From the UHGV virus genome UHGV-0147691: DNA of 39,342 nucleotides. The stretch is one strand, 5' to 3'. This DNA is from a virus. The notes under the pieces were generated by a model. It was not told the DNA's origin. It saw only the letters and a list, made by a program, of their open reading frames with translations, and searched no databases. Below, piece after piece: positions 7,713-16,100 of this stretch (position 1 is its first letter; every line of letters begins with the position of its first letter). Position numbers and translations under genes: made by a program.

Positions 7713-8481
7713 AGGAAAAGAATATGTTACAGTTGCTGAAAGATTAAAATTTTTTAGAACATCTGAAGAATTTAAAAATTGGGCAATAGAAATTGATTGG
7801 TTAGAGATTAATCAGGATAGAGCTATTGCAAAAGCTTTAATAAAAAATAGTGATGGAATTATAAAAAGTACAGGTACAGCAATGGAAAATAAAGATGACA
7901 AAATGTCTATGGTAAACAAAACTTCTCACATTGAGAACTGCGAAACATCAGCGATAGGTAGAGCCTTAGGAAATCTTGGAATAGGTCTTGATGGTGGAGA
8001 TGTTGCAACTTATGAAGAAGTTGTTAGAGCTAAGAAAAAACAAGCTATTGACAGTATAAATAGTATGATAGATGACGAAAATATAAAAGAATATGAAGAA
8101 AAATATAATCTTAATGAATTACCTCTTTTATCTCTTGAAGAACTTGAAAATATTGAAAAAAAATTACTTGTTAAAGAAAAAACAAAAGTATGCTTAGCAA
8201 TTACAAAGATGTGTACTGATGATGAATTAAAAAGAGTGTACAAGCAATATAATACAAAAAGGCTTGAAATACTGGACTTAAAAGAGCTTGTTTTCATACA
8301 TGATACAATAGCAAATTCAAAATATAAGATTTCTAAAAAAGAATTACAGGATTTACAAGAATGTGCAGATTTTATGGATTTAAACTTAAAAAATTATACT
8401 CAAGATCATTACAATAAGAATCCTGAGGAACTTACAAAAGAAGAATATAAACAAATAAAAGAACAGTTAAATAAACGATAG
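7693..8481 (+). CDS. ERF-family single-strand annealing protein (putative)
   Basis: CETSAIGRALGNLGIGLDGG resembles the P22 Erf core segment TSSYARKYCLNGLFGIDD. It is positioned ahead of the replication genes. Confidence 0.5.
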   Translation: MKTVSIKGKEYVTVAERLKFFRTSEEFKNWAIEIDWLEINQDRAIAKALIKNSDGIIKSTGTAMENKDDKMSMVNKTSHIENCETSAIGRALGNLGIGLDGGDVATYEEVVRAKKKQAIDSINSMIDDENIKEYEEKYNLNELPLLSLEELENIEKKLLVKEKTKVCLAITKMCTDDELKRVYKQYNTKRLEILDLKELVFIHDTIANSKYKISKKELQDLQECADFMDLNLKNYTQDHYNKNPEELTKEEYKQIKEQLNKR

Positions 8482-8591
8482 AGAAAGCCTATGAAGAAAA
8501 ATATTATTGTTACTGTTCACAGAGGAATTGATACAGAAAAAGCTATTGAAAGCTACTGTATCAAAGTGAATAAAAAAAAGGAGCGTCAAAA

Positions 8592-9461
8592 ATGAGAGAT
8601 TTATTTTTTAATATTAATCAAGCTGAAGCTTTAAAGTTAATGGGAAAATATAAAAATTTATCTTTAGAGGATCTAATTCTTCTTAGAAAAATAGCTGATT
8701 TTACTTTAAGTTCAAAAACTTTATGTGTGATCATAGAGGATACACCTTATTTCTGGGTAGATTACAGCAGTATTCAGGAAGATTTACCAATCATATTCCA
8801 AAGTGTGAGAGGTATAAAAGAAAGAATGAAAAAATTAAAAGATATTGGACTTTTAACTAATAAAGCATACAGAGCTAAAAAAGAAGATAAATTTTTTACT
8901 GAAGCTGGAACTTATTCTGTTATTACTTTGAGCCAAGAGTGCAAAAAAATATTTGATACTCCTAAAACTGAAAATGAAGAAAAAAAACAAGAGGGTACAC
9001 TGGTGGCAAGTGCAGGGGTACACTCTGGAGAAGTGCAGGGGTGCACTGACGGACAGTGCAACAAAGAATACCTTAAAATAAATACCTTAAATAATATATA
9101 TACACACAGCAAAGCAGAAAATTCTCAGCCAATCATTCAAGGAATTTTAAAAAAATATTCAGAACTAAATTTACCAGTTTATGAATATGCTCCAAAAGAT
9201 TATATCATCATGGAATGTTTACAGACTCTTGGAGCTGAAAATTTATTTAAGGCTTTAAGGCTTATGTCAGAGAGCGACTATGTGCAGCAGAACATGAGTA
9301 TAAATTCTATTTTCAAGGTTGAAAATCTTAAAAGTGCTTTAAATGGGAATTTTAAAAATAAAGTCACAGTTGTTAAAAGTGCTGCACAGAAAAGTAAATT
9401 AAAAAAAGAAACAGCTGTTGATAAAAGATTAAGAGAACTTCAAGAAAAGGAGGCTTTATAA
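8592..9461 (+). CDS. Putative replication initiator or replisome organiser (winged-helix N-terminal domain)
   Basis: The N-terminus, SLEDLILLRKIADFTLSS...IKERMKKLKDIGLLTNK, looks like a RepA_N or DnaD-type winged helix. The gene contains a GC-rich iteron island. Confidence 0.4.
   Translation: MRDLFFNINQAEALKLMGKYKNLSLEDLILLRKIADFTLSSKTLCVIIEDTPYFWVDYSSIQEDLPIIFQSVRGIKERMKKLKDIGLLTNKAYRAKKEDKFFTEAGTYSVITLSQECKKIFDTPKTENEEKKQEGTLVASAGVHSGEVQGCTDGQCNKEYLKINTLNNIYTHSKAENSQPIIQGILKKYSELNLPVYEYAPKDYIIMECLQTLGAENLFKALRLMSESDYVQQNMSINSIFKVENLKSALNGNFKNKVTVVKSAAQKSKLKKETAVDKRLRELQEKEAL
8991..9095. repeat. Iteron-like GC-rich tandem repeats followed by AT-rich repeats inside the rep gene (putative ori)
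   Basis: Two copies of aagtgcaggggt(a/g)cact..gg at about 9008-9028 and 9031-9052 lie 23 bp apart. A partial copy lies at 8991-9006. aataccttaaa x2 follows at about 9071-9095. Confidence 0.45.
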
Positions 9462-10057
9462 TGCAAGAAGTTATATTTCTTCAAGGAATGAAAATAATCG
9501 AAGATGTTTATGATAAAGAATTTACAGAAAAAAGACTTGATGCATACAGAACTCTTTTAAGTGACATTCCAGAATCTCTTTTTGTTGATGGAATAAATAA
9601 AATGCTGAGAGAAAGAGTTTATCCAGGTATTCCTACTCCTGCAGATATTAGAAACTACTGTATAGGCAGCATAGAAGAGGGAATTGAGCTTAAAATTGCT
9701 CTTGCTGTAGGGAATATCAGAAAAGCTGTTACAAAATATGGTGGATATAAGACAGTTGCCTTTGATGATCCTATCATTCACAGAATTATAAAAGACTATG
9801 GAACATGGTATGAGTTTTGTACTCTTTCACAAGAGGCACTTGAAAACTTCTTAAAATTTGAAGTTCCTAAGGCTTACAGAATTTATGCAAAAAATAGAAT
9901 AGCAAATATCCCTTTATTTCTAACAGGAAGATTTAAAGAAGATGAGATAACTTATGTTGGAGATAAATCTCAAGCTAAAAAATGGCAGATAGCATATTGT
10001 GAGAAAACAGGGGAAATGTTGCCAAATAACTTAAAAGTTATTGAATATACAGAATAG
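9461..10057 (+). CDS. Hypothetical replication-module protein
   Basis: This is a track ORF whose start ATGA overlaps the upstream stop. Confidence 0.4.
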   Translation: MQEVIFLQGMKIIEDVYDKEFTEKRLDAYRTLLSDIPESLFVDGINKMLRERVYPGIPTPADIRNYCIGSIEEGIELKIALAVGNIRKAVTKYGGYKTVAFDDPIIHRIIKDYGTWYEFCTLSQEALENFLKFEVPKAYRIYAKNRIANIPLFLTGRFKEDEITYVGDKSQAKKWQIAYCEKTGEMLPNNLKVIEYTE

Positions 10058-10066
10058 GAGGAGAAC

Positions 10067-10846
10067 ATGCATAAATCATTTAGAAAATATAGCATTAATA
10101 GTCAAAAGCTCATCTATTGGTTAATAAATGATTATGCTTGTAAGCTCCAAGAAATAGAAGTAGGGCAAACAGCAAGTGAATATTATAGATATCTTGCAAA
10201 ACAGCAGTTAAAAAAACTGTATATGAAGCATTCGGGAATTAATTTAAAAGAATTAAAACCATTCAGTAATTTTTACGAAGATATGAAAAGCAAGATTGAA
10301 GATACTTTAAGTAAGAAAATTTCTGACAATTCTAAGACAGAAGTGATATTAAATGATGTGGATTACCTAATAAGGCAAGAATTTCAAAAGCTAACTTTAG
10401 CATTAGATGGAACTTTCTCATTATGTTTAAACCTTATGTCACAGGAAAAAGCTAATAAATTTATCACTTGGTTATTTGATTATCTCTTGGATAATGAAAT
10501 ACCTATGAGAAAAGAAATTATAAATTTATATGCTGAATCAGAAAATGATAGATTCATATATACAATGCTAAAGCATAAAAAGTGCTGCATATGTGGAAAA
10601 GAAGTTACTTTTCCCCATCATCATAAATCGGTTGGTTTTATTGGAGGATATAAAAAAGATAAAGGAGATCTTCCTATTGCTCCGTTATGTCCCTATCATC
10701 ATTCAGAGTTACATAGTGCAATTGATAAAAATAAATGGATAAAAGAACATGCTACATATGGTTATATCACTTGTAGCGATGAGCAAATAAAAGAATTGAA
10801 AGAAATTTACAAAGGCTTATTTATGGCAGATAAAGAGGAGGAATAA
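10067..10846 (+). CDS. HNH-type zinc-finger nuclease-like protein (NinG or DUF968-like)
   Basis: The C-terminal motif is CCICGK...PHHHKSVG...CPYHHSELHS. Confidence 0.35.
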   Translation: MHKSFRKYSINSQKLIYWLINDYACKLQEIEVGQTASEYYRYLAKQQLKKLYMKHSGINLKELKPFSNFYEDMKSKIEDTLSKKISDNSKTEVILNDVDYLIRQEFQKLTLALDGTFSLCLNLMSQEKANKFITWLFDYLLDNEIPMRKEIINLYAESENDRFIYTMLKHKKCCICGKEVTFPHHHKSVGFIGGYKKDKGDLPIAPLCPYHHSELHSAIDKNKWIKEHATYGYITCSDEQIKELKEIYKGLFMADKEEE

Positions 10847-10849
10847 AAA

Positions 10850-11137
10850 ATGGCAGTATCAGAAAGAGATGTTTTAAGAAAGGCAGTGAGATTTTTAAAA
10901 AATAAATATGACATAGAAGTACCGAGAGCAGAATTAAATTCAATAAATAGTTGTTATGAGGCTCTTGAAAGATGTGTCTTTGAAGCAAATAAAGAAAAAA
11001 TAAATAATGCTGTCTTTAAATTATGTGAGGACTATAGAAAAAGAAATTTCAATTTGAGTTTAGAAATTAAAAAATTAGAACTTGAAATTGAAAGATTAAA
11101 AAATAAGAAATCTCTTTGGGAAAGAATTTTCGGGTAG
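10850..11137 (+). CDS. Hypothetical coiled-coil protein
   Basis: This is a track ORF. Confidence 0.35.
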   Translation: MAVSERDVLRKAVRFLKNKYDIEVPRAELNSINSCYEALERCVFEANKEKINNAVFKLCEDYRKRNFNLSLEIKKLELEIERLKNKKSLWERIFG

Positions 11138-11344
11138 GTGAAAATAATGAAAAAAGAAGTTATACAATTCAATGAAAATCATAAATGGTGTGCAACCTTT
11201 GGTTATATTCATAGAGTGAGAAAAGGGGGAACATATATGATTGCAGTCCCTCTTCCTGAACAGGGAACAGCATTCATTATAGCAAAGAGAGAAGAGTTTG
11301 ATATTGTTGGAGCTACAGACTTGATACTGGGAGATGAAGAATAA
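11138..11344 (+). CDS. Hypothetical protein
   Basis: This is a track ORF. Confidence 0.35.
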   Translation: MKIMKKEVIQFNENHKWCATFGYIHRVRKGGTYMIAVPLPEQGTAFIIAKREEFDIVGATDLILGDEE

Positions 11345-11739
11345 TGGAAATTACAGTAACTTTACCAATTTATGTAAAAACAAGCAAAAAGAAGAAAGAA
11401 CAGCTTGTAGGTCTTAACTGGTTTCGGAATGCTCACTATCAAACCAAAGATAAAATTAAGAAACATTATCATAAATTAGTTTCAGAACAGCTGAGTGGGG
11501 TCAAATACACTTTTGAAAAGCAAATCCAAGTAAAGTATCAGCTCTTTTATAAAAACTCTAATTCTGACCTTATGAATGTTGTCAGCGTGATTGATAAATT
11601 TTTATTAGATGCCTTACAGGAGTGTAATGTAATTTCAAATGACAACATGAAAAAATATGTATATTGTGAAGCTAAGGTTGGAAAAAAAGATATAGAAAAT
11701 CCAAGATTAGTTTGCATTATAAGTGAGGTTGAGCCATGA
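11344..11739 (+). CDS. rusA: RusA-family Holliday junction resolvase
   Basis: SDLMNVVSVIDKFLLDALQECNVISNDNMKKYV matches the RusA catalytic region DLDN...DAL...DD. Confidence 0.55.
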   Translation: MEITVTLPIYVKTSKKKKEQLVGLNWFRNAHYQTKDKIKKHYHKLVSEQLSGVKYTFEKQIQVKYQLFYKNSNSDLMNVVSVIDKFLLDALQECNVISNDNMKKYVYCEAKVGKKDIENPRLVCIISEVEP

Positions 11740-12464
11740 GAAAAATTAAGGTTGATAGGAAAATACAGAAATTTGAAAACCTTTTAGGAGATTTTTACTG
11801 CAAGTGGGTTATACCTGTTCAACACATGGATGAGATTGAAAAAATGACGGATAAAGAGATGAGAAGAAAAGTTGAAGATTTAAAACTTGCCGTAGAGCTT
11901 GTTTATATGAAACTGAGAACAGATGAAAAATATATGTATTATGTGAATCTGTATTATCTTTATGAAATGCTGTGTAATTATTTTCAAAAAGATAATTTAG
12001 TTGCAATTAAAAGAAATATGGAGCCTGAAAAATATGAAGGGATTGAAAAACAATTTGGTTATGAACCTGTATTTTCTAAAGAATTAAATAAAAAAGCTGA
12101 TGATTGCTTACATTGGTTGTCTTGTACTATATTTAGGTTATTAGAAAAATATTATGTATGTGTGAGAGATAATAAAAGCTTAGCTGAATGTATAGAAGAT
12201 AAGATAATAAGACTTCCTTTGACTATTATTAAGAGAACTAATATTTATGGAGAAGAGTTTAGATATTTAAATCTTATGTTTTCAAGACTTGAGTATGCAA
12301 AAAGACATACAGATGTAGTTTATAGCTTAGATGAGTGCAGAAAAGAAGAAGATAAGAAAACTAGAACAATGTTAAAAAGTTCTTTAACAAGAGCAGAAAA
12401 AATATTAAATGTGATCTTGAATGATGTTTTGGATAATGAAATTGAAGAAGGCTATGCAGCATAA
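11736..12464 (+). CDS. Hypothetical protein
   Basis: This is a track ORF. Confidence 0.4.
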   Translation: MRKIKVDRKIQKFENLLGDFYCKWVIPVQHMDEIEKMTDKEMRRKVEDLKLAVELVYMKLRTDEKYMYYVNLYYLYEMLCNYFQKDNLVAIKRNMEPEKYEGIEKQFGYEPVFSKELNKKADDCLHWLSCTIFRLLEKYYVCVRDNKSLAECIEDKIIRLPLTIIKRTNIYGEEFRYLNLMFSRLEYAKRHTDVVYSLDECRKEEDKKTRTMLKSSLTRAEKILNVILNDVLDNEIEEGYAA

Positions 12465-12556
12465 AAGGAGTGAGAGATGAAACTAAAAATTAAAAGACAA
12501 GGCTCTTTCTTAGCTGGAAAATTGAGCCTGTGGGAAAGGATAAAGAGGTTTTTCAG

Positions 12557-13270
12557 ATGAAAAATATCGTATCTTTCAGTGGTGGAAAGGATTCTACTGC
12601 TATGTTGTTGATGATGATTGAAAAAGGAATAAAAATCAATGAAATCATATTTTGTGACACTACTGTAGAATTTCCTGAGATGTATCAACACATTAAGAAA
12701 GTTGAGAAGTATATAAAAATACCTATAACAATCTTAAAACCTCAGAACACATATGAATACATGATGTTTGAATACGAGAAAAAGCGAGGTAAAAATAAAG
12801 GACAACACGGCTATGATTGGGCTGGTCCTAGAGCAAGATGGTGTACTCGTTATTTCAAGTAAGAGGTAATGAGAAAATATATAAAATCAAAATACAAAAA
12901 TGAGCAAGTAATAGAATTTGTAGGTATAGCAGCTGATGAAATAAAACGGCTAGAAAAAAATAAAAGCAAAAATAATTTAAGATATCCACTTGCTGAATGG
13001 GGAATAACAGAACAAGAAGCACTTCAATATTGCTACTCAAAAGGCTTTGATTGGAATGGGTTATATAAAAAATTCAATCGTGTAAGCTGTTGGTGTTGTC
13101 CTTTGCAGTCTTTGAAAGAACTTAGGGTATTATATAAAGATTTTCCTGAGCTTTGGAAAATCTTAAAAGAATGGGACAGCAAAACAAGACGAAAATTTAG
13201 GGCTGACTATTCTGTGAAAGAATTAGAAGAAAAATTTAAAAAAGAAAATATGAAAATTAAACTTTTTTAA
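12557..13270 (+). pseudogene. PAPS-reductase-family PP-loop ATPase gene split by one in-frame TAA at 12860-12862
   Basis: Track ORFs 12530-12862 and 12869-13270 are in the same frame and separated only by TAA-GAG-GTA. The N-terminal half carries SFSGGKDS and RWCTRYFK. The C-terminal half carries the CWCCP motif. An ATG at 12557 is preferred over the GTG at 12530. Confidence 0.5.
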
Positions 13271-13293
13271 GAAAGGATAAAGAGGTGATTTAA

Positions 13294-13503
13294 GTGAATG
13301 AAAATGAATTTAAATATAATGGTATTAAATTAAGAGCTATCCCCGTTGATGAATTAAAAGAACCTTGTGAAGGATGTTATTTTAATAATAATGACTGTGG
13401 ATATACTTTTCTTACCGATTTAAGACCTAGTTGTTTAGCAATAAAAAGAGTAGACGAAACAAATGTTATTTTTGTAGAGGTGGAAGATGAGAGCATGGAA
13501 TAA
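13294..13503 (+). CDS. Hypothetical Cys-containing 69-aa protein
   Basis: This is a track ORF. It is preceded by the 16-bp RBS repeat gaaaggataaagaggt. Confidence 0.35.
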   Translation: MNENEFKYNGIKLRAIPVDELKEPCEGCYFNNNDCGYTFLTDLRPSCLAIKRVDETNVIFVEVEDESME

Positions 13504-13693
13504 AAGAAAAAGACCAAAGCATTGGACAAAGCCTAAGTGGCACAAAAGAATATTCATTTTTAAAACATTCTATATTCTAAAAACTGCTTTTATGAAAGAA
13601 AAACTAAATATTCGTGGATTTGAAGTTGAAAATAAAGTTATAAATACTTGTTTTTTTAATAAAATAAGAGGTGGAATAAATGTGGAAATGTAA
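13487..13693 (+). CDS. Questionable very basic 68-aa ORF
   Basis: The frame is open, but it overlaps neighbouring genes and has no clear RBS. Confidence 0.15.
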   Translation: MRAWNKRKRPKHWTKPKWHKRIFIFKTFYILKTAFMKEKLNIRGFEVENKVINTCFFNKIRGGINVEM

Positions 13694-13859
13694 ATGCTGT
13701 GGAGAATATATGATTGGTTTTGCTGAAACTAAATTTTATGGTGTAGATAAAAATGGAAATGTGCTAAAAGATGAGTTAGATAGCGAAAGTTCATTTATAT
13801 GTTTAGATTGTGATTGTGAGAGTAATAATATAAATGATATAGCTACTTGGGAGGAATAA
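13680..13859 (+). CDS. 59-aa zinc-ribbon protein (two CxxC pairs)
   Basis: MWKCKCCGEY...FICLDCDCE has two CxxC pairs. It has a GAGGTGG RBS and its stop abuts the next ATG. Confidence 0.4.
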   Translation: MWKCKCCGEYMIGFAETKFYGVDKNGNVLKDELDSESSFICLDCDCESNNINDIATWEE

Positions 13860-14135
13860 ATGATTTTTGATGTTGTTAAGATTGTAACTGACAGCTTTGC
13901 TGAAATTAGAGATATTTTAAATCTTCAGGAAGAGGAAGCATCTTTAATTTTAGATGTAGATACTGATAATATCTTAATTGGTATTCAGTACGATGATGTA
14001 GAAATAACTGGAAAGATGAGATTACAGATTGTGAAGAAAATAAATTCTTTGAAAAAATATTTGAATTGTAACCACATTTTAATAGATTCAAGAAGTGTTA
14101 TTTTTCAGGGTACCACAGTAAGGAGTTCAAAATGA
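13860..14135 (+). CDS. Hypothetical protein
   Basis: This is a track ORF. Confidence 0.35.
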   Translation: MIFDVVKIVTDSFAEIRDILNLQEEEASLILDVDTDNILIGIQYDDVEITGKMRLQIVKKINSLKKYLNCNHILIDSRSVIFQGTTVRSSK

Positions 14136-14587
14136 GAGAAATTAAATTTAGAGGATATGATTTATATAGCGAATCTTGGGTATATGGAGCATACATTAAA
14201 CATATTGATTCAACTCCATGTTTATTTCCTAGCAAAGAAGAAGAGGAAAAATGGTATAAAGAGCATACAAAACATCTTATTGCATTTGATGGCTTTTCAG
14301 ATTGGTGGATGCCAAGAGGAATTGATGTGTGTACTTCCATTGTTCCTGATTCAATAGGGCAATCTACAGGATTATTTGATGTAAATAAAAAAGAAATTTT
14401 TGAGGGAGATATTGTTAAATATAGATTATACAACAAATCTGTTCTTTATGAAGTTAAATACAATAATTCAACTTTAAGCTGGCAGTTATCTAATAAACTC
14501 GAGAATGAAAATATTTCATTTGCATTTAAGTCAAGACTTGAAGTAATAGGAAATGTTTATGAAAATCCAGAAATAGAGGTGAATTAA
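14132..14587 (+). CDS. YopX-family protein
   Basis: The N-terminus MREIKFRGYD is typical of the YopX family (MxxIKFRaWd). Confidence 0.5.
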   Translation: MREIKFRGYDLYSESWVYGAYIKHIDSTPCLFPSKEEEEKWYKEHTKHLIAFDGFSDWWMPRGIDVCTSIVPDSIGQSTGLFDVNKKEIFEGDIVKYRLYNKSVLYEVKYNNSTLSWQLSNKLENENISFAFKSRLEVIGNVYENPEIEVN

Positions 14588-14752
14588 ATGAGAAATGCAA
14601 TGACAGAAAATCCTGTTTGTCCTTACTGTGGACATATATATAACGGACCATTGTTTTTTGACAATAAAAAAATAAAATGTAGTAATTGTGGAAAAATTTA
14701 TGAATATGATTTTTATATCTTTTATTCAACTTGGAAAGAAGGTGAAAAATAA
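14588..14752 (+). CDS. 54-aa zinc-ribbon protein (CPYCG...CSNCG)
   Basis: The frame is open between track ORFs and has two CxxC pairs. Confidence 0.35.
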   Translation: MRNAMTENPVCPYCGHIYNGPLFFDNKKIKCSNCGKIYEYDFYIFYSTWKEGEK

Positions 14753-14979
14753 TGGTTTATCAAGATAAAAGAGGTTGGATATTTTTCGTAAGAGCAGGGC
14801 TTGGTGAAAATAATTTTAAAGCTTTTTATACTAAAACAGCAGAAGATTATAAATCTGGAATAAGAAGTCATGGTGTAAAAAGTTTGGAATATAGAAAAAG
14901 TATTCAAGAAGCAGAAATGGATCTAAAAGAATATGCTGCAAAACATAAAATGAAAGTATATGAAGCAGAGTGGGAATAA
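14752..14979 (+). CDS. Hypothetical protein
   Basis: This is a track ORF. Confidence 0.35.
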   Translation: MVYQDKRGWIFFVRAGLGENNFKAFYTKTAEDYKSGIRSHGVKSLEYRKSIQEAEMDLKEYAAKHKMKVYEAEWE

Positions 14980-15013
14980 AAAATTTTACTTGAAGAAAGA
15001 ATAGGAGATACAC

Positions 15014-15169
15014 ATGACATATTACTGCAGAAAATGTGGAAAATTCATTGGAAAGAAAACATCAAAAACAGAAAGATATGTTGGAAAAAACATTGTGAAT
15101 GACCTTATAAAAAATGAAATTACTATAAGATGTGAATGTGGAACAATAAATATAATTAAAAGAAAATAG
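15014..15169 (+). CDS. 51-aa zinc-ribbon protein (CRKCG...CECG)
   Basis: It has a GGAG RBS and two CxxC pairs. Confidence 0.35.
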   Translation: MTYYCRKCGKFIGKKTSKTERYVGKNIVNDLIKNEITIRCECGTINIIKRK

Positions 15170-15200
15170 AACTAATAAAAAGATATAGTGCATATTTATA

Positions 15201-15229
15201 TTGAAAAATAAGTAAAGTCAAGGTATAAT
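15201..15229 (+). promoter_or_regulatory. Putative late-operon promoter TTGAAA-17-TATAAT
   Basis: It reads ttgaaa, then a 17-nt spacer, then tataat. A leader of about 110 nt with a small hairpin and T-run follows, before a strand-consistent gene block that runs to the end of the genome. Confidence 0.4.
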
Positions 15230-15344
15230 ATAATTGACAATTAAATGATTAAAGGACCTAGCAACAGAGGACCTAAATATTCCGTGATGAGCGGTTTATT
15301 TTGGTTTCTCTGTTTTTTTTATTTCCTGAAAAAGAGGTGAAAAA

Positions 15345-15455
15345 ATGGAAAAAATAATAGAAGGACTTCAAGGTGGATTTTATATTATAGCTTTTGGCTG
15401 CATAATTTTCACAGCATACACTTTATATAACGATCATAAAAAAAATAAAAAATAG
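15345..15455 (+). CDS. 36-aa small membrane peptide MEKIIEGLQGGFYIIAFGCIIFTAYTLYNDHKKNKK
   Basis: It has an AAGAGGTG RBS and one TM helix. Confidence 0.35.
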   Translation: MEKIIEGLQGGFYIIAFGCIIFTAYTLYNDHKKNKK

Positions 15456-15564
15456 GAGAGAAAAATGATTAATTTTTTTAATATATATGGAAATTATGGG
15501 CATGGGACTCGTGCTTATGGGATACCTTTATCTTATTACTATAGAACTAAAAAGAGGTAATAAA

Positions 15565-16092
15565 ATGAATTTAAAATTGACTGAAATAGAAACAAATAAA
15601 ATTATTCCTTATGAAAATAATTCTAAGGAACATCCAGAATGGCAAATATCACAAATAATGAAATCAATAGAAGCTTTTGGGTTTAATGATCCAATAGCTA
15701 TAAATGAAAATTTTATGATAATAGAGGGACATGGAAGATATTTAGCAGCAAAAGAATTAAATATGGAAAAAATCCCATGTATTATTTTAACGGGAATGTC
15801 AGATGAACAAATAAGAGCTTATACAATAGCCCATAATAAGCTGTGTATGAATACTGATTTTGATTTGGAAAAATTAAGATATGAAATGAATGCTTTAACA
15901 GTTGAAAATTTTGATATAACTCTTACTGGGTTTTCTCAAATAGAATTAGAGGATATAAATAAAACTTTAGATTGTGGAAAATTAAGATTATCAGAAACTT
16001 ATGAGGATAAAAATAAAGAGATAGATCTTGAAGATGAAGAATTTAAGGATTTTTCTCATTGCTGTCCTCGGTGTGGATTTGAATTTAATTAG
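15565..16092 (+). CDS. ParB-like nuclease-domain protein with a C-terminal CPRCG zinc ribbon
   Basis: IIEGHGRYLAAKEL matches the ParB N-terminal motif. The start was moved to M27 of the track ORF, where there is an AAGAGG RBS. Confidence 0.55.
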   Translation: MNLKLTEIETNKIIPYENNSKEHPEWQISQIMKSIEAFGFNDPIAINENFMIIEGHGRYLAAKELNMEKIPCIILTGMSDEQIRAYTIAHNKLCMNTDFDLEKLRYEMNALTVENFDITLTGFSQIELEDINKTLDCGKLRLSETYEDKNKEIDLEDEEFKDFSHCCPRCGFEFN

Positions 16093-16100
16093 GAGGATAA

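Noticed and set aside
7143-9781. Antisense or overlapping track ORFs at 7143-7367(-), 7367-7585(+), 8010-8297(-), 8912-9112(-) and 9557-9781(-)
   Set aside because: Each is embedded in a longer same-region gene with better coding features. Their translations are low-complexity Ser/Phe/Leu-rich.
12530-12556. GTG start at 12530 for the PAPS-reductase-like gene
   Set aside because: The ATG at 12557 has a correctly spaced AAAGAGG RBS. The GTG extension overlaps a small upstream ORF and the boundary repeat.
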